The translations under genes and the position numbers were made by a program. A stretch of 64,000 bases of DNA, from contig OZ243916.1 of the NCBI GenBank assembly GCA_965213675.1, positions 1,856,001 to 1,920,000 on the forward strand, written 5' to 3'. Shown here one piece after another: positions 18,618 to 30,135 of this stretch. Below the pieces are notes generated by a model. The model was given only the letters and a program-made list of their open reading frames with translations, ran no database searches and was not told where the DNA came from. Every line of letters starts with the position of its first letter. The stretch's first letter is position 1. Source of the DNA: an uncultured Candidatus Binatia bacterium. Lineage in GTDB: Bacteria; Desulfobacterota; Binatia; UBA9968; JAJDTQ01.

Positions 18618-19013
18618 ATGAGCCATGAAGGGAATTCGACGACACCGACCAAGGGCAAACGCGGCATGACCCGGATCTGGCGCGCGCTGGGTTACTCGAT
18701 GGCAGGACTCGGGAGCGCCTTCCGCAACGAGGCGGCGTTCCGCCAGGAGCTCGGCCTCACAGCAGTGCTGTTCGTGATTGCGATGGCGCTGCCCGCATCG
18801 CTTGTGCAGAAGGCGCTGCTCATGCACACCGTGCTGTTCGTCCTCGTAGCCGAACTGCTCAACTCCGCGGTGGAAGCGGCCGTCGACCGCATCTCGCTCG
18901 ACAAGGACGCCTTGGCGAAGCAGGCCAAGGACATCGCCAGCGCGGCGGTATTCGTGAGCCTGATGGGCTGCGTGCTGGTGTGGACGCTGGTGCTGTATGA
19001 CATCTTCGGTTGA
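18618..19013 (+). CDS. dgkA: Diacylglycerol kinase (prokaryotic membrane type)
   Basis: YSMAGL..AFRNEAAFRQE, ELLNSAVEAAVDRIS and AKDIASAAV. Confidence 0.92.
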   Translation: MSHEGNSTTPTKGKRGMTRIWRALGYSMAGLGSAFRNEAAFRQELGLTAVLFVIAMALPASLVQKALLMHTVLFVLVAELLNSAVEAAVDRISLDKDALAKQAKDIASAAVFVSLMGCVLVWTLVLYDIFG

Positions 19014-19037
19014 ACGCGCCGCCCGGAGTCGTCGAAG

Positions 19038-19883
19038 ATGCCCCTGACCCTCACCCAGGTCGATGCCTTCACCCACGAGCCATTCGCCGGGAACCCAGCC
19101 GCGGTGTGCCTGTTGCCCGCTCCCGCCGGCAGCGCGTGGATGCAGCGCGTGGCGCGCGAGATGAATCTGTCCGAGACCGCGTTCCTGGTTCGGCGGGCTG
19201 ACGGCGAGTTCGACCTGCGATGGTTCACACCGGCCGTCGAGGTCGATCTTTGCGGTCATGCCACGCTGGCCAGTGCCCACGCGTTGTGGGAGGAGGGGCG
19301 CCTGCCGCGGGAAACACCGGCCGTCTTCCACACCCGTTCCGGTCGCTTGTCCGCGGTGTTGCGCGACGGCTGGATCGAAATGGATTTCCCCGCGGAACCG
19401 GCGAAACCCGCGCCCGCGCCCCAAGGGTTGGCCGAAGCCCTCGGGGCAGAACCGGCCTGCGTCGGGCGGAACCGCCTCGACTACCTCATCGAGGTCGATA
19501 CACAAGCCACCGTCGAGGGGCTTGCACCGGACTTTGCGAGGCTCAGGAAGCTGAAAACCCGCGGAATCATCGTCACCGCGCGGGCGGACAGCGAAGACCT
19601 CGACTTCGTGTCGCGCTTCTTCGCACCCGGCACCGGCATCGACGAAGACCCGGTCACCGGGTCGGCCCATTGCTGCCTCGGACCCTACTGGCGCGACCGG
19701 CTCGGCCGGGACGCGCTCACGGCCCGGCAAGTGTCCGAACGAGGCGGTCTTGTCAAGGTCGTCGTCCGCGGCCACCGCGTCCTGCTCCTGGGCCAAGCCG
19801 TCACAGTGCTTCGCGGCGAACTGCTGGCCCAGCCGGCTCACTGGGACTCCCGGTCATTCACGTCATCAAATCCCGTTGGGTGA
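19038..19883 (+). CDS. PhzF family isomerase
   Basis: QVDAFT..PFAGNPAAV, NLSETAF, EVDLCGHATLA and EDPVTGSAH. Confidence 0.92.
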   Translation: MPLTLTQVDAFTHEPFAGNPAAVCLLPAPAGSAWMQRVAREMNLSETAFLVRRADGEFDLRWFTPAVEVDLCGHATLASAHALWEEGRLPRETPAVFHTRSGRLSAVLRDGWIEMDFPAEPAKPAPAPQGLAEALGAEPACVGRNRLDYLIEVDTQATVEGLAPDFARLRKLKTRGIIVTARADSEDLDFVSRFFAPGTGIDEDPVTGSAHCCLGPYWRDRLGRDALTARQVSERGGLVKVVVRGHRVLLLGQAVTVLRGELLAQPAHWDSRSFTSSNPVG

Positions 19884-20110
19884 ACGCGGCGGCTTTGCCG
19901 CGTCCGTCTGCTCTCTGAGCGGCCGGCAGGTCGTGAAACCGTGGCGCATCACGTCAACCGCGACAGGCAGGTTGCTTTCGTGAAACAGCGTCCACTGGTG
20001 ATTGATGGTTCTCGCATCGAGTTGGCCGGGAATGACCAGATCCATGTCCGAGTCCGGGCGGCAGGCGCCGATGGCGCGCCGGCCGCCTTCTTTGTCCGGC
20101 ATCCAGCGAC

Positions 20111-21553
20111 TCAGGCGAGGCTGCCCACGGCGGCCTGGATGGCGCTCAGCAGTGGCGCGGGGTAGATGCCGAACCAGATGAGCAACACGGTCAGGCCGGC
20201 GAGCACGAGGCCCTCGGGTAATGAGAAGCGGCGGGTGGCGGGCAGGCGCGAGGACGGGTGCTCCGGGGCGGACAGGTACAGGGTGATGATAACGCGCAGG
20301 TAGTAGTAGAGGCCGATGACGCTGCTCACCACCAGCAGCAGGACCAGGGCCCAGAGGTCGGAGAACACACCGGCGGTGAGCACGTAGAACTTGCCCACGA
20401 ACCCGGCCGTCAGCGGAATCCCGGCCAGCGAGAACAGCATCAGCGTAAGCGCGCCGCTCACCCAGGGGCGGCGCCAGAACAGGCCGCGGTAATCGCCGAT
20501 CTCGTCGGCCTCCTTGTGTTCGTCCGAGAGCGCGGTGATGATGCCGAAGATGCCCAGGGAGGTGACGAAGTAGGCCACCAGGTAGAACGTCACCGCCTGC
20601 GACCCTTCCCGGGAGGCGGCGATCACGGCCACCAGCAGGTAGCCCATATGCGCGATGGACGAATAGGCCAGCAGGCGCTTGAGATTGTCCTGCAAGAGCG
20701 CCAGCAGGTTGCCGAGGAACATCGAGAGCACCGCGATGACCGCCAGCACCGTGGCCACCGAATCGTAGTCCAGGAGCCCGCTGTACTGCCCGTAGCGCAG
20801 CAGCAGCGCCACCATCGCGCCCTTGGAAACCGTGGTGAGGTAAGCCGTGACGGGCGTGGGCGCCCCTTGGTAGACGTCCGGCGCCCACATGTGGAACGGC
20901 GCCACCGCGAGCTTGAAGCCGGCGCCGACGATCAGCATGGCGAAGCCGCCGAGAAGCAGCACCGAAGGCTCACGGGTCTGGGCCGACAGCACCGAGGTCA
21001 TGGCGGTGAAGTCCATGGTGCCGAGGTCCGCGTAAATAAGCGCCATGCCGAAGAGCAGGAAGGCTGCCGAAGCGGCCGCCAGAATCAGGTATTTGATGCC
21101 GGATTCCAGCGCCGTGCGCGTGGTGCGCAGATAGGCGACGAGTCCGTAAAGGGAAACGCTGAGTATCTCCAGCCCCACGAAAAACGAAATGAAGTGGTTG
21201 CTGGCCGTCAATACGGCACAGCCGAAGGTGGCCAGCGTGAGCAGGAGATAGAACTCCTCGCGGTTTCCCGACACGCGCTCGAGGTAGCTGTACGACAGCA
21301 CGATGACGACCAGGGTCGCGGCCGACACCAAGCCGATGTAGAAGAGCGCGTATCCGTCGATGATCAGCAGCGGCGCCAGCGGCGGCGCGGCGCTGGTGGC
21401 GGTGCCGCTCAGCAGGGCCAGCGGCAGGGCCATGCCCACGAGCGAGATGAGCGCGGCGAGCCAGTGGCTCCGGCGGAACGAGATCACCAGCATGAGCACC
21501 AGTGGCGTCAAGCCCAACAGGACGATGGGGGTCAGTGCGCTGAAGGGGTTCAA
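20111..21553 (-). CDS. nuoN: NADH-quinone oxidoreductase subunit N
   Basis: ESGIKY, FKLAVAPFHMWAPDVYQGAP and KRLLAYSSIAHMGY; last gene of the operon. Confidence 0.95.
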   Translation of the reverse strand: MNPFSALTPIVLLGLTPLVLMLVISFRRSHWLAALISLVGMALPLALLSGTATSAAPPLAPLLIIDGYALFYIGLVSAATLVVIVLSYSYLERVSGNREEFYLLLTLATFGCAVLTASNHFISFFVGLEILSVSLYGLVAYLRTTRTALESGIKYLILAAASAAFLLFGMALIYADLGTMDFTAMTSVLSAQTREPSVLLLGGFAMLIVGAGFKLAVAPFHMWAPDVYQGAPTPVTAYLTTVSKGAMVALLLRYGQYSGLLDYDSVATVLAVIAVLSMFLGNLLALLQDNLKRLLAYSSIAHMGYLLVAVIAASREGSQAVTFYLVAYFVTSLGIFGIITALSDEHKEADEIGDYRGLFWRRPWVSGALTLMLFSLAGIPLTAGFVGKFYVLTAGVFSDLWALVLLLVVSSVIGLYYYLRVIITLYLSAPEHPSSRLPATRRFSLPEGLVLAGLTVLLIWFGIYPAPLLSAIQAAVGSLA

Positions 21554-23118
21554 GGCCGCTCACCTCCAACCAGCGATGTGGACGCGACCGCGCCGCGCGC
21601 CGCGCTGTCCGTGTCCACCGGGCGCGCAGCCGTGGCGCGGGTATGGGCGGCGAACTTCCGCATCTCGGCGAGGGCGTGTCCGGAAGTGGTCAACACCGGC
21701 TGCGGGTAGAGCCCGAGCCACAGCGTCGCGCCGATGAGCGAACCCATGATCGCCATCTCCCGGCCGCTCGTGTCATGGATCTGCCAGTCTCCCGCGTTGG
21801 CGCCGTAGTAGACCTTCTGCATCATCCAAAGCGAGTAAATCGTCGCGGCCACGAGACCCAGCGACGCCAGCACCGTCAGCGGCGCGTTCACCTGGAATGC
21901 GCCCAGCAGCACCAGAAACTCGCCCACGAAGCTCGCCAGTCCCGGCAATCCCAGCGACGCCATGGCAAAGAACAGGCCCACGCCGCCCATGCGTGGCATC
22001 ACCGCCCATAGACCGCCGAAACGTCCCAGCTCGCGGGTGTGCGTACGGTGCTGCAGGTCCCCCACCATGATGAACAGCGCGGCGGCGCTGAATCCGTGGG
22101 ACAGCATGATGATGATCGCCCCCTGAAGCGCCAGCTCGTTCCCCGCGAATATTCCCAGCAGCACGAAGCCCATGTGGCTGATGCTGGTGTACGCCACCAT
22201 GCGCTTCAGGTCAGTCTGGCCCAGGGCCAGGACCGCGCCGTAGAGGATGCCGGCCACGGCCAGGATCATGGCGAACACGGTGAAGTCCGCCACCGCCTGC
22301 GGAAACATCGGCACCACGAAACGGAGCATGCCGTAAGCGCCGATCTTGAGCACCAGGCCCGCCAGCGCCACGCTGCCCGCGGTGGGCGCCTGGGTATGGG
22401 CGTCGGGCAGCCAGGTGTGGAACGGCACCACCGGGAGCTTCACGGCAAAGGCGATGAAGAAGCCCAGCATGAGCCAGAACGCCTTGGTCTCCGACATGAC
22501 CGTGCCCAACAGATCCAGGTAGTCGAAGGTGATGACGCCTGTGGACTGCCAGTGCACGACCACCAGCCCCAGGATGGCCAGAAGCATCAACAGGCCACTC
22601 CCCTGGGTGACGATGAAAAACTTGGTGGTGGCGTAGACGCGGTTCTCGTAGCCCCAGATGCCGATGAGGAAATACAACGGCAAGAGCGAGATTTCCCAGA
22701 AGGCGAAGAAGAGGAACAGGTCGAAGGCGATGAATACCCCGGAAAGGGCCGTGAGAATGAAGAGCAGGTTGAAGTGGTAGAGGCCCACAGAACGGGTGAT
22801 GGAGTTCCAGGAGGCGAGCACCGCCAACACCGTGAGGAAGCTCGCCAGCAACAGCATCAACAGGCTGATGCCGTCCACGGCCAAGTGGAAGCTGATCCCC
22901 AACTGCGGGATCCACGGGTGCTTGGAGGCTATGAGCCACCCGTCCGGTGCGGGTGCGACGCGGGTGAAGAAGACGCTCCACGTCACGAGCAGCAGAAGCA
23001 GGTGGAGCAGCGCCGTTGCCAGCGCGATCCAGCGCGCCCACAGGTCGCTCCACCGCCCCGCGATCCACGCCGCGAGGCCGCCCGCGAAAGGCAAAAGCAG
23101 GATCCAGGCAAGGCTCAT
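21550..23118 (-). CDS. nuoM: NADH-quinone oxidoreductase subunit M
   Basis: FWE, KLPVVPFHTWLPDAHTQAPTAGS and KRMVAYTSISHMG; ATG 23118 overlaps the nuoL stop. Confidence 0.95.
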   Translation of the reverse strand: MSLAWILLLPFAGGLAAWIAGRWSDLWARWIALATALLHLLLLLVTWSVFFTRVAPAPDGWLIASKHPWIPQLGISFHLAVDGISLLMLLLASFLTVLAVLASWNSITRSVGLYHFNLLFILTALSGVFIAFDLFLFFAFWEISLLPLYFLIGIWGYENRVYATTKFFIVTQGSGLLMLLAILGLVVVHWQSTGVITFDYLDLLGTVMSETKAFWLMLGFFIAFAVKLPVVPFHTWLPDAHTQAPTAGSVALAGLVLKIGAYGMLRFVVPMFPQAVADFTVFAMILAVAGILYGAVLALGQTDLKRMVAYTSISHMGFVLLGIFAGNELALQGAIIIMLSHGFSAAALFIMVGDLQHRTHTRELGRFGGLWAVMPRMGGVGLFFAMASLGLPGLASFVGEFLVLLGAFQVNAPLTVLASLGLVAATIYSLWMMQKVYYGANAGDWQIHDTSGREMAIMGSLIGATLWLGLYPQPVLTTSGHALAEMRKFAAHTRATAARPVDTDSAARGAVASTSLVGGERP

Positions 23119-25022
23119 AGGATGATCACCAGTCCCACGGTCAACACCGCGCCCACCGCGATGCCGGTGGCGTACCAGCGCACCGCGCCCGTCTGGGTGA
23201 TGCTCACGACGACATGGAGCGTCTCGGTGACGAAGGCGACGGCGCGATAGAAGCCGTCGATGAAGTCGTCCTTGTTGACCTTCGCGCACCACAGCCAAGG
23301 CTGGACAAAGAGCGCGTCATAGAGCGTGTCGAAGCCCCAGCCGCTGAACCACAGACGCTCCAGGCCACGCGCCCACGGCTGCTCCCCGAGGCGCTTCATG
23401 GCCTCGGGCGGCGCCATCACCAGTGTCCAGACGAGCCAGATGCCCCCCAGCGACGCGGCCGCCGCCATCATCTCGAACAGAAGCTCGGCGCCGTAGCTCG
23501 CGTGCATGCCGTGATACTCCGGCAACGTCGTGTTCAGGAAGCCGGAGAACAGGGTGAGCGTGCCCATGGTATGGGGCAACTCGATCACCCCGGCCGCCAC
23601 CGAAAGCACCGCCAGGATCCCCAGCGGAATGCGTACGCACGGGCCGGGTTCACGGATGGGCATGAGCTGCCGCACCCACTCGGTGGCCTCGCGGTAGAAG
23701 GTCAGGAACACCATGCGGAACGTGTAGACGGAAGTCAGCAGCGCCCCGGCCAGCGCCCCGGCCCACAGCCAGACGCCGCCGATCTCGGAATTGTACGCGT
23801 TCCAGATGATCAGGTCCTTGCTGTAGAAGCCCGCGGTCACCACCGGCACCGCCGCCAGCGCCGCGGAACCGATGAGAAAACACCGGAACGTGAACGGCAT
23901 CTGCCGTCGCAGTCCGCCCATGCGGTACATGTCCTGCTCGTGGTGCAGGGCCATGATGACCGCGCCCGCCCCCAGGAACAGGAGCGCCTTGAAAAAGGCG
24001 TGGATCATGAAGTGGAACAGCGCCGCCGACCACGCGCCCACCCCCAGAGCCAGGAACATGTAGCCGATCTGGCTGATGGTGGAGTAGGCGAGCACGCGCT
24101 TGATGTCGGATTGCACCAAGGCGGCGAAGCCGGCCATCAAGAGCGTCAGCGTGCCGATGACCGCCACCAGCGTCAGCACCGCCGGCGCCAGGGTGAAGAG
24201 CACGTGGGTGCGGGCGATGAGGTAGACGCCCGCGGTGACCATGGTGGCCGCGTGGATGAGGGCGCTCACCGGCGTGGGTCCGGCCATGGCGTCCGGCAGC
24301 CAGGTCTGGAGCGGAAGCTGCGCCGACTTGCCCACGGCGCCGCCGAGAAGCAGCAGCGCCACCACGGTGGCCATGCCCGAACCGGGCTGGAACTGCTGCC
24401 CCGCGCGCTCCAGGAGCGCCTGGATGTCCAGGGTGCCCAGCTCGGCGAAGAGCAGGAACAGCGCCATGAGCATGGCCGTGTCCCCCACCCGGGTGACGAT
24501 GAAGGCCTTGCTCGCGGCCCGGCTGTTGGCCTCGTCCTTGTAGAAGAAGCCGATGAGCAGGTAGCTGCACAGGCCCACGCCCTCCCAGCCCAGCAGCAGC
24601 AGCATGAGGTTGTCGGCCAGGAGCAGGATCAGCATGGCGCACACGAACAGGTTCATGTACGCGAAGAAGCGGCTGTAACCCTCTTCCTCCATCATGTATT
24701 CGACGGAATAGAGGTGGATCAGAAAGCCCACGAAGGTCACGACGAAGATCATCGTCAGCGACAGGGCGTCGAGATGGAAGGCGAAGGCGGGACGGAAGCC
24801 GGCCACGTCCACCCACACCCACAGAGTCTGAACAAAGCTGCCCCCGGCGGGGGGTGCGGCCATGAAGCTCAGTCCCACGAGCAGCGTGACCACCGCCGAC
24901 AGGCCCACGGAGCCCGCGCCCACGTACGCCACCTCGGTGCGCGTCAGGCGCGACCCCACCAGCGTGAGGGCGACAAAGCCGGCGAGGGGAAAGGCGGGTA
25001 TCAGCCACAGCAACTCGAGCAT
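23115..25022 (-). CDS. nuoL: NADH-quinone oxidoreductase subunit L
   Basis: GWEGVGLCSYLLIGF and GKSAQLPLQTWLPDAMAGPTPVSALIHAATMV. Confidence 0.96.
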   Translation of the reverse strand: MLELLWLIPAFPLAGFVALTLVGSRLTRTEVAYVGAGSVGLSAVVTLLVGLSFMAAPPAGGSFVQTLWVWVDVAGFRPAFAFHLDALSLTMIFVVTFVGFLIHLYSVEYMMEEEGYSRFFAYMNLFVCAMLILLLADNLMLLLLGWEGVGLCSYLLIGFFYKDEANSRAASKAFIVTRVGDTAMLMALFLLFAELGTLDIQALLERAGQQFQPGSGMATVVALLLLGGAVGKSAQLPLQTWLPDAMAGPTPVSALIHAATMVTAGVYLIARTHVLFTLAPAVLTLVAVIGTLTLLMAGFAALVQSDIKRVLAYSTISQIGYMFLALGVGAWSAALFHFMIHAFFKALLFLGAGAVIMALHHEQDMYRMGGLRRQMPFTFRCFLIGSAALAAVPVVTAGFYSKDLIIWNAYNSEIGGVWLWAGALAGALLTSVYTFRMVFLTFYREATEWVRQLMPIREPGPCVRIPLGILAVLSVAAGVIELPHTMGTLTLFSGFLNTTLPEYHGMHASYGAELLFEMMAAAASLGGIWLVWTLVMAPPEAMKRLGEQPWARGLERLWFSGWGFDTLYDALFVQPWLWCAKVNKDDFIDGFYRAVAFVTETLHVVVSITQTGAVRWYATGIAVGAVLTVGLVIIL

Positions 25023-25023
25023 G

Positions 25024-25332
25024 TCAGCCTCTCAGGTCGCTCACCGTGTCGACGTCCAGGGTATTGAAGCGATAGTAGAGCTGCACCACCAGGGCGAGAC
25101 CCACCGCCGCTTCGGCCGCGGCCATGGCCAGGATGAAAAAGAACATGACCTGTCCGTCGGCCTGACCCCAGTGCGCCCCCGCCACCACGAAGGCCAGGGC
25201 GGCGGCGTTGAGCATGATCTCCAGGGACAGCAGCACGAAGATGATGTTGCGGCGCACCAACACGCCCGTGAGCCCGAGGGTGAACAATACCGCCGCCAGC
25301 GCGAGTCCGTGCTCCATGGGAACCGCGGCCAT
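25024..25332 (-). CDS. nuoK: NADH-quinone oxidoreductase subunit K
   Basis: [16 protein letters not shown] and [11 protein letters not shown]. Confidence 0.95.
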   Translation of the reverse strand: MAAVPMEHGLALAAVLFTLGLTGVLVRRNIIFVLLSLEIMLNAAALAFVVAGAHWGQADGQVMFFFILAMAAAEAAVGLALVVQLYYRFNTLDVDTVSDLRG

Positions 25333-25847
25333 CAGGACTCATCCTCCTCGCCGCCGGCAGGCGCCCGCCGAGCCAGATGGAACGTGCCCACGAGACCAGC
25401 CAGCAGCAACATGGCCGCCAACTCCACCCCGAGCACGTAGCGGCCGAAGAGGGCGGCGCCCACACGCTTGGCATCCACGCCCGCGGGAGCACCCGCCGCC
25501 ACGGGCTCGGTGGCCACCACCACCAGGAACTCGGCAAACAGGATCGCCGTGAGAAGCGCGGGGCCGATCCATGCCCTGGGTTGCAGCCACCGGCGCTCCC
25601 GGGCCGTGGCCTCGGCGCCGAGATTGAGCATCATCACAACGAACACGAACAGCACCACGATGGCGCCGGCGTAGACGATCACCTCCAGGGCCGCCACGAA
25701 CGGCGCGCCGAGAGTGAAGAAGATCAGCGCCAGCGACAGCAGCGACACGATCATGTACAGTAGCGCGTGCACCGCGTTGGAGCGCGTGATGACCATGGCC
25801 GTCGAGACGACGGCAACGGCAGCCGCCAGGTAATAGATAAGCGTCAT
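25332..25847 (-). CDS. nuoJ: NADH-quinone oxidoreductase subunit J
   Basis: NAVHALLY and [19 protein letters not shown]. Confidence 0.95.
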   Translation of the reverse strand: MTLIYYLAAAVAVVSTAMVITRSNAVHALLYMIVSLLSLALIFFTLGAPFVAALEVIVYAGAIVVLFVFVVMMLNLGAEATARERRWLQPRAWIGPALLTAILFAEFLVVVATEPVAAGAPAGVDAKRVGAALFGRYVLGVELAAMLLLAGLVGTFHLARRAPAGGEEDES

Positions 25848-25894
25848 GGCGTTGTGAATGCTCGGTTACGGCCTGTTCCGGGCCGTGGCGCCGG

Positions 25895-26410
25895 TCACGG
25901 CAACAGACTCTTCACGTCCACGGGCTTGTCCTCGTTCTCGGACGCCCCCTTTTCCTTTCCGTCGATGGCCAGGCCGGCGACCCGGTAGAAGTTGTAGCCG
26001 GGATACTTGCCGGGGCCGTTGATCAGGAGATCCTCCTTCTCGTACACGAGGTTCTGCCGGTTGTACTCGCACAACTCGAAGTCCGGCGTCAGTTGAATCG
26101 CGTACGTCGGACACGCCTCCTCGCACAGGCCGCAGAAGATGCAGCGCGAGAAGTTGATGCGGAAGAACTCGGGGTAGCGCCGTCCGTCCGCCCGCTCCCC
26201 GGCCTGGAGCGCGATGCAGTCCACCGGACAGGCGGCGGAACAGAGGTAGCAGCCGACGCAGCGCTCGTCGCCGTCCGGATCGCGCGAGAGGATGATCCGT
26301 CCGCGGTAACGCGGCGGCAGATACGGCTTCTCCTCCGGGTACTGGACCGTGATGGGACGCCGGAACAGATGCATCAGCACCGTCCAGATGGTCCGCAGCA
26401 TGCTTAGCAT
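25895..26410 (-). CDS. nuoI: NADH-quinone oxidoreductase subunit I
   Basis: TVQYPEE and two CxxCxxCxxxCP ferredoxin motifs; start MLSML after GGAG. Confidence 0.95.
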   Translation of the reverse strand: MLSMLRTIWTVLMHLFRRPITVQYPEEKPYLPPRYRGRIILSRDPDGDERCVGCYLCSAACPVDCIALQAGERADGRRYPEFFRINFSRCIFCGLCEEACPTYAIQLTPDFELCEYNRQNLVYEKEDLLINGPGKYPGYNFYRVAGLAIDGKEKGASENEDKPVDVKSLLP

Positions 26411-26472
26411 CGATGGCTCCTCGCAGCTTTCGGGCACGACGACATCGGCAAGTGTCCCGCGTCACAAACCTC

Positions 26473-27465
26473 TCAAGCCTTCCACAGCAGCAGCGCCCCG
26501 GCCGTCACCACCAGGTTGAGCAGCGACAACGGCAGCAGCACCTTCCAACCAAAGGCCATCAATTGATCGAAGCGCGGTCGTGGCAGCGCCGCCCGCAACA
26601 GAATGAATATCAGGATGAAGAACAGCAGTTTCAACACGAACCAGACGATGCCCGGCAGCACCGGTCCCATCCAGCCGCCGAAGAACAGCGTCACCATCAT
26701 CGCCGAGATCACGGTGACGCCGACGTACTCACCAACGAAGAACATGCCGAACTTCATCCCGGAGTACTCGGAGTGGAACCCTGCCACCAGCTCGGCTTCG
26801 GCCTCGGGCAGGTCGAAGGGCAGCCGATGGGTCTCCGCCAGCCCCGCGATGAAGAAGATGACGAAACCCAGGAACTGCGGCACGATGAACCAGACGTCCT
26901 GCTGTGCGGCGACGATGTCGCGCAGGCTGAAGGAGCCCGCCATGAGCACCACGCCCATGAGCGACAGGCCCATGAACACTTCGTAGCTCACCATCTGCGC
27001 CGAGGCCCGAAGTCCCCCAAGGAGCGCGTACTTGTTGTTGGAGGCCCAGCCCGCCAGCACCACGCTGTAAACGCCCATGGACGACATGGCGAGGAAGAAC
27101 AGCAGTCCGATGTTGAGGTCGGTGACGCCGATGGTGGCGGTGATGGGGATCACCGCCACCGACATCAGCCCGGTGACGACGATGACCGCGGGCGCGAGTA
27201 TGAAAACGGTTCGGTCCGCGAACGGCGGGACCCAGTCCTCCTTGGTGAAGATCTTGATCATGTCGGCCAGCACGATGCCGAGTCCGAACGGACCCACCCG
27301 GTTGGGGCCATGACGGTCCTGCAGCAGGGCAAGGAAGCGCCGCTCCAGCCAGATGAGCAGCGCGGCCAGGATCAGAGGCGCGTTCAGCACCCCCAGGATC
27401 ACCGCTATCTGTAGCAACACGTCCGTCACGTCAAACCCTGCGGCAGCGGCTCCAGGCGGGGACAT
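26473..27465 (-). CDS. nuoH: NADH-quinone oxidoreductase subunit H
   Basis: [14 protein letters not shown] and [14 protein letters not shown]; the start may instead be GTG 27429. Confidence 0.95.
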   Translation of the reverse strand: MSPPGAAAAGFDVTDVLLQIAVILGVLNAPLILAALLIWLERRFLALLQDRHGPNRVGPFGLGIVLADMIKIFTKEDWVPPFADRTVFILAPAVIVVTGLMSVAVIPITATIGVTDLNIGLLFFLAMSSMGVYSVVLAGWASNNKYALLGGLRASAQMVSYEVFMGLSLMGVVLMAGSFSLRDIVAAQQDVWFIVPQFLGFVIFFIAGLAETHRLPFDLPEAEAELVAGFHSEYSGMKFGMFFVGEYVGVTVISAMMVTLFFGGWMGPVLPGIVWFVLKLLFFILIFILLRAALPRPRFDQLMAFGWKVLLPLSLLNLVVTAGALLLWKA

Positions 27466-30130
27466 CGACGCCCCGGAGGCTGCCGATTCCCACCGGCACG
27501 CCCACCAGACCCTCGGTCAGGCTCGGCAAAAGGCGGGCCGGCAACTGGAACACCGCGCCGCCCAAGTTGATCTCCACGAACTCTCCGTCCTGCACTCCCA
27601 GCGTCCGCGCATCCTCCGGATTGAGCGCCGCGTACGGCCCGGGACTCCGCTGCGCCACTGGCGGCGCGGCCGCGCTCTGCTCCTCCGAGCCGAAGATATG
27701 GTGCAATGGCACCACCAGAAACATGCTGACGCGGCGCTTGAACGCCGGCGGAATCTCGTCGGTGTAGGCCGCGGCGCCGTTGGCCACGGGCTCAATGAGG
27801 CGAACGCCCGGATCGCCGCCCGCGAGCGGGCCGCCCACCTCGGCCTGGAACTTGTGGAGCGACTGGGCAGAGTTCCATCGTGGCGCCCAGAAACGCGTGA
27901 TCAGCGGCGCCGGGGGCTGCTGCGGATAGCCCTCCATGGTGAACGCCAACGGCGACTCCGGGTCTTCCGGCGGTTTGGGCTCATGCACGCTCACGTCGGC
28001 CCCCATGGCGGTGCGGCCGCTGGCGCGCGGGGACAAACGCGGCACCTTCGCGCCGTTCACCCGGAACGAAGCGCCGGCCACATGTTCCGGCAATCCCTCG
28101 AACGCCGCCACCGAGCGCCCCAGCGCGGCCAGGAGGTCATCCGGCGAGCGCAACCCCGTCAACTCGCTGCGTCCGGCCGCCTGGGCCAGTTCCCCCAGCC
28201 ACCGCCACGCCGGCTTCACCTCTCCCTGGGGCACGAAAACCTGGTAGAAGCGCTGCGCGCGGCCCTCATTGTTCACCACCGTGCCCTCGGTCTCGGCGAA
28301 CGTGCCCGAGGGAAACGCCACCTCGGCGCCGGCTACCGTGTCCGTAGCGCTGTGGTCGATGGCCACCACGTGGGCGGACCCCAGCATGGCGTCCACGGAG
28401 GCGCGGCCCACCCGGCGGTAAAGGTCGTTCTCCAGCACCACCACCGTGTCGACCAGATTGTCGGCCACTCGCTGAAAGGCTTCGGCCGTGCCCATGGCGT
28501 TGAGCAGTCCCAAGCCGAAACTGTTGCATTCCGACGCCGTGAAACAGAGGTTGGCGGTGCCGGCCCCGCCGAGCGCGCGCGCCACCTGCGCCGCGGCATC
28601 CACCACCGGCTCGCTGGCGCAACCCGATCCGGACACGACCAGCGGCCGCTCCGCTGCCCGGAGGGCCGTGGCAATCGCCTGGACCGCGGCGCGCTCTTCC
28701 CGCGACAGCCCCTTCACCGCGGGCGCGCTCGCATCCAGCGCCCGCGCCACCGCGAACCCCAAGCGCGCTACGTCGTGGGGCGCGCCCCGGAAGCACTGGG
28801 TGGCCACGTCGTCGAGCCGGGTGCCCGCCGGGGTGGCGATGAAGAGCGGCCCTCCTTGTTGCTGTATCACCTCGCGCAGGGCCGCGTCGTCCCACCGCGG
28901 AATGCGCAACTGCATGGCGTCCCTGCGCGGCGCCTGCTTCACAGCTTGCCGTATCGCGAGCGCAAGCAACGGCGCCGTCTGGGTGACGTCCTCCCCCAAC
29001 ACCAGCACCGCGTCGGCGGACTCCACCTCGCGCAGCGACGGCGTGCGAACGCCAGCGCCCCGGAGCACATGCAGCATGCGCGCCACCAGGTGTTCTTCGC
29101 CCGGGGCCATGCCGCTGAAGTAGTTCCGCGGACCCACGAGCTGCCGCAGCGCGAAGTTCGCCTCCATGGACGCCCGCGGCGAACCGATGCCGATGACGCG
29201 GGACTGCCGGCCCAGGAGGAGCGCGGTCCGCTTCAGCGCATCGGCGCCGCTGACCGGACGGCTCTCGCCATCGTGGTGCAGGCGCGGCTGGCGCAGGCGC
29301 CGGTCGCCGTTCACGAAGCCGTAGCCAAAGCGCCCGCGGTCGCACAGGAAGTAGCCGTTCACCTGGGAGTTGTAGCGATTGAGGATGCGCCGGACCTCGC
29401 CGTAGCGCTCGCCGGCAATGGTGTTGCAGCCGAGGCTGCAATGGGCGCACACCGACGGCGCGGTCTGCAGATCCCACTTGCGGGTGTAGTGCTGCTTCAG
29501 GGTCTTGTCGGTGAAGACGCCGGTGGGACACACCTCCACGAGGTTGCCGCTGAATTCGTTCTCCAGCACGCCGTCCTCGTGGCGCCCGAAGTAGACGTGG
29601 TTATGGGAAGCGAAGGCGTCCAGATCCTTGCCGCCCGCGTAGTCCCGGTAGTAGCGAACGCAGCGGTAACAGGTGATGCAGCGGTTCATCTCGTGGTTGA
29701 TGAACGGCCCCAGTTCCTGGTTGGCGAATGTGCGCTTGCCGAAGCGGTAGCCGCGGTAGTTGTGCCCGGTCATGACCGTCATGTCCTGGAGGTGGCATTC
29801 GCCGCCCTCGTCGCACACCGGGCAGTCATGCGGGTGGTTGCTCATCAGCAGCTCGACGATGCCCGCGCGGAACCGCGCCGCGTCCTTGTCGAGGATGGAG
29901 ATGCGCGCGCCGTCCATGGCGGGCGTCATGCACGCCATGACGATGCGCCCGCGCTGGTCGTTCTCGTCCCGGTACTGCTTGACCGCGCACTGCCGGCAGG
30001 CGCCCACCGAACCCAGGGCAGGATGCCAGCAGAAGTACGGCAGGTCGAGCCCCTTGGAGAGGCATTCCTCCAGCAGATTCCGGGCGGGGTCGACCTCATA
30101 GGGCCGGTCGTCGACGTAGATGGTGGCCAT
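27431..30130 (-). CDS. nuoG: NADH-quinone oxidoreductase subunit G (long, E. coli-like)
   Basis: [36 protein letters not shown] and CAHCSLGC (N7 cluster). The real start is MATIYVDD at 30130. Confidence 0.95.
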   Translation of the reverse strand: MATIYVDDRPYEVDPARNLLEECLSKGLDLPYFCWHPALGSVGACRQCAVKQYRDENDQRGRIVMACMTPAMDGARISILDKDAARFRAGIVELLMSNHPHDCPVCDEGGECHLQDMTVMTGHNYRGYRFGKRTFANQELGPFINHEMNRCITCYRCVRYYRDYAGGKDLDAFASHNHVYFGRHEDGVLENEFSGNLVEVCPTGVFTDKTLKQHYTRKWDLQTAPSVCAHCSLGCNTIAGERYGEVRRILNRYNSQVNGYFLCDRGRFGYGFVNGDRRLRQPRLHHDGESRPVSGADALKRTALLLGRQSRVIGIGSPRASMEANFALRQLVGPRNYFSGMAPGEEHLVARMLHVLRGAGVRTPSLREVESADAVLVLGEDVTQTAPLLALAIRQAVKQAPRRDAMQLRIPRWDDAALREVIQQQGGPLFIATPAGTRLDDVATQCFRGAPHDVARLGFAVARALDASAPAVKGLSREERAAVQAIATALRAAERPLVVSGSGCASEPVVDAAAQVARALGGAGTANLCFTASECNSFGLGLLNAMGTAEAFQRVADNLVDTVVVLENDLYRRVGRASVDAMLGSAHVVAIDHSATDTVAGAEVAFPSGTFAETEGTVVNNEGRAQRFYQVFVPQGEVKPAWRWLGELAQAAGRSELTGLRSPDDLLAALGRSVAAFEGLPEHVAGASFRVNGAKVPRLSPRASGRTAMGADVSVHEPKPPEDPESPLAFTMEGYPQQPPAPLITRFWAPRWNSAQSLHKFQAEVGGPLAGGDPGVRLIEPVANGAAAYTDEIPPAFKRRVSMFLVVPLHHIFGSEEQSAAAPPVAQRSPGPYAALNPEDARTLGVQDGEFVEINLGGAVFQLPARLLPSLTEGLVGVPVGIGSLRGVDVPAWSRCRRV

Positions 30131-30135
30131 GATCG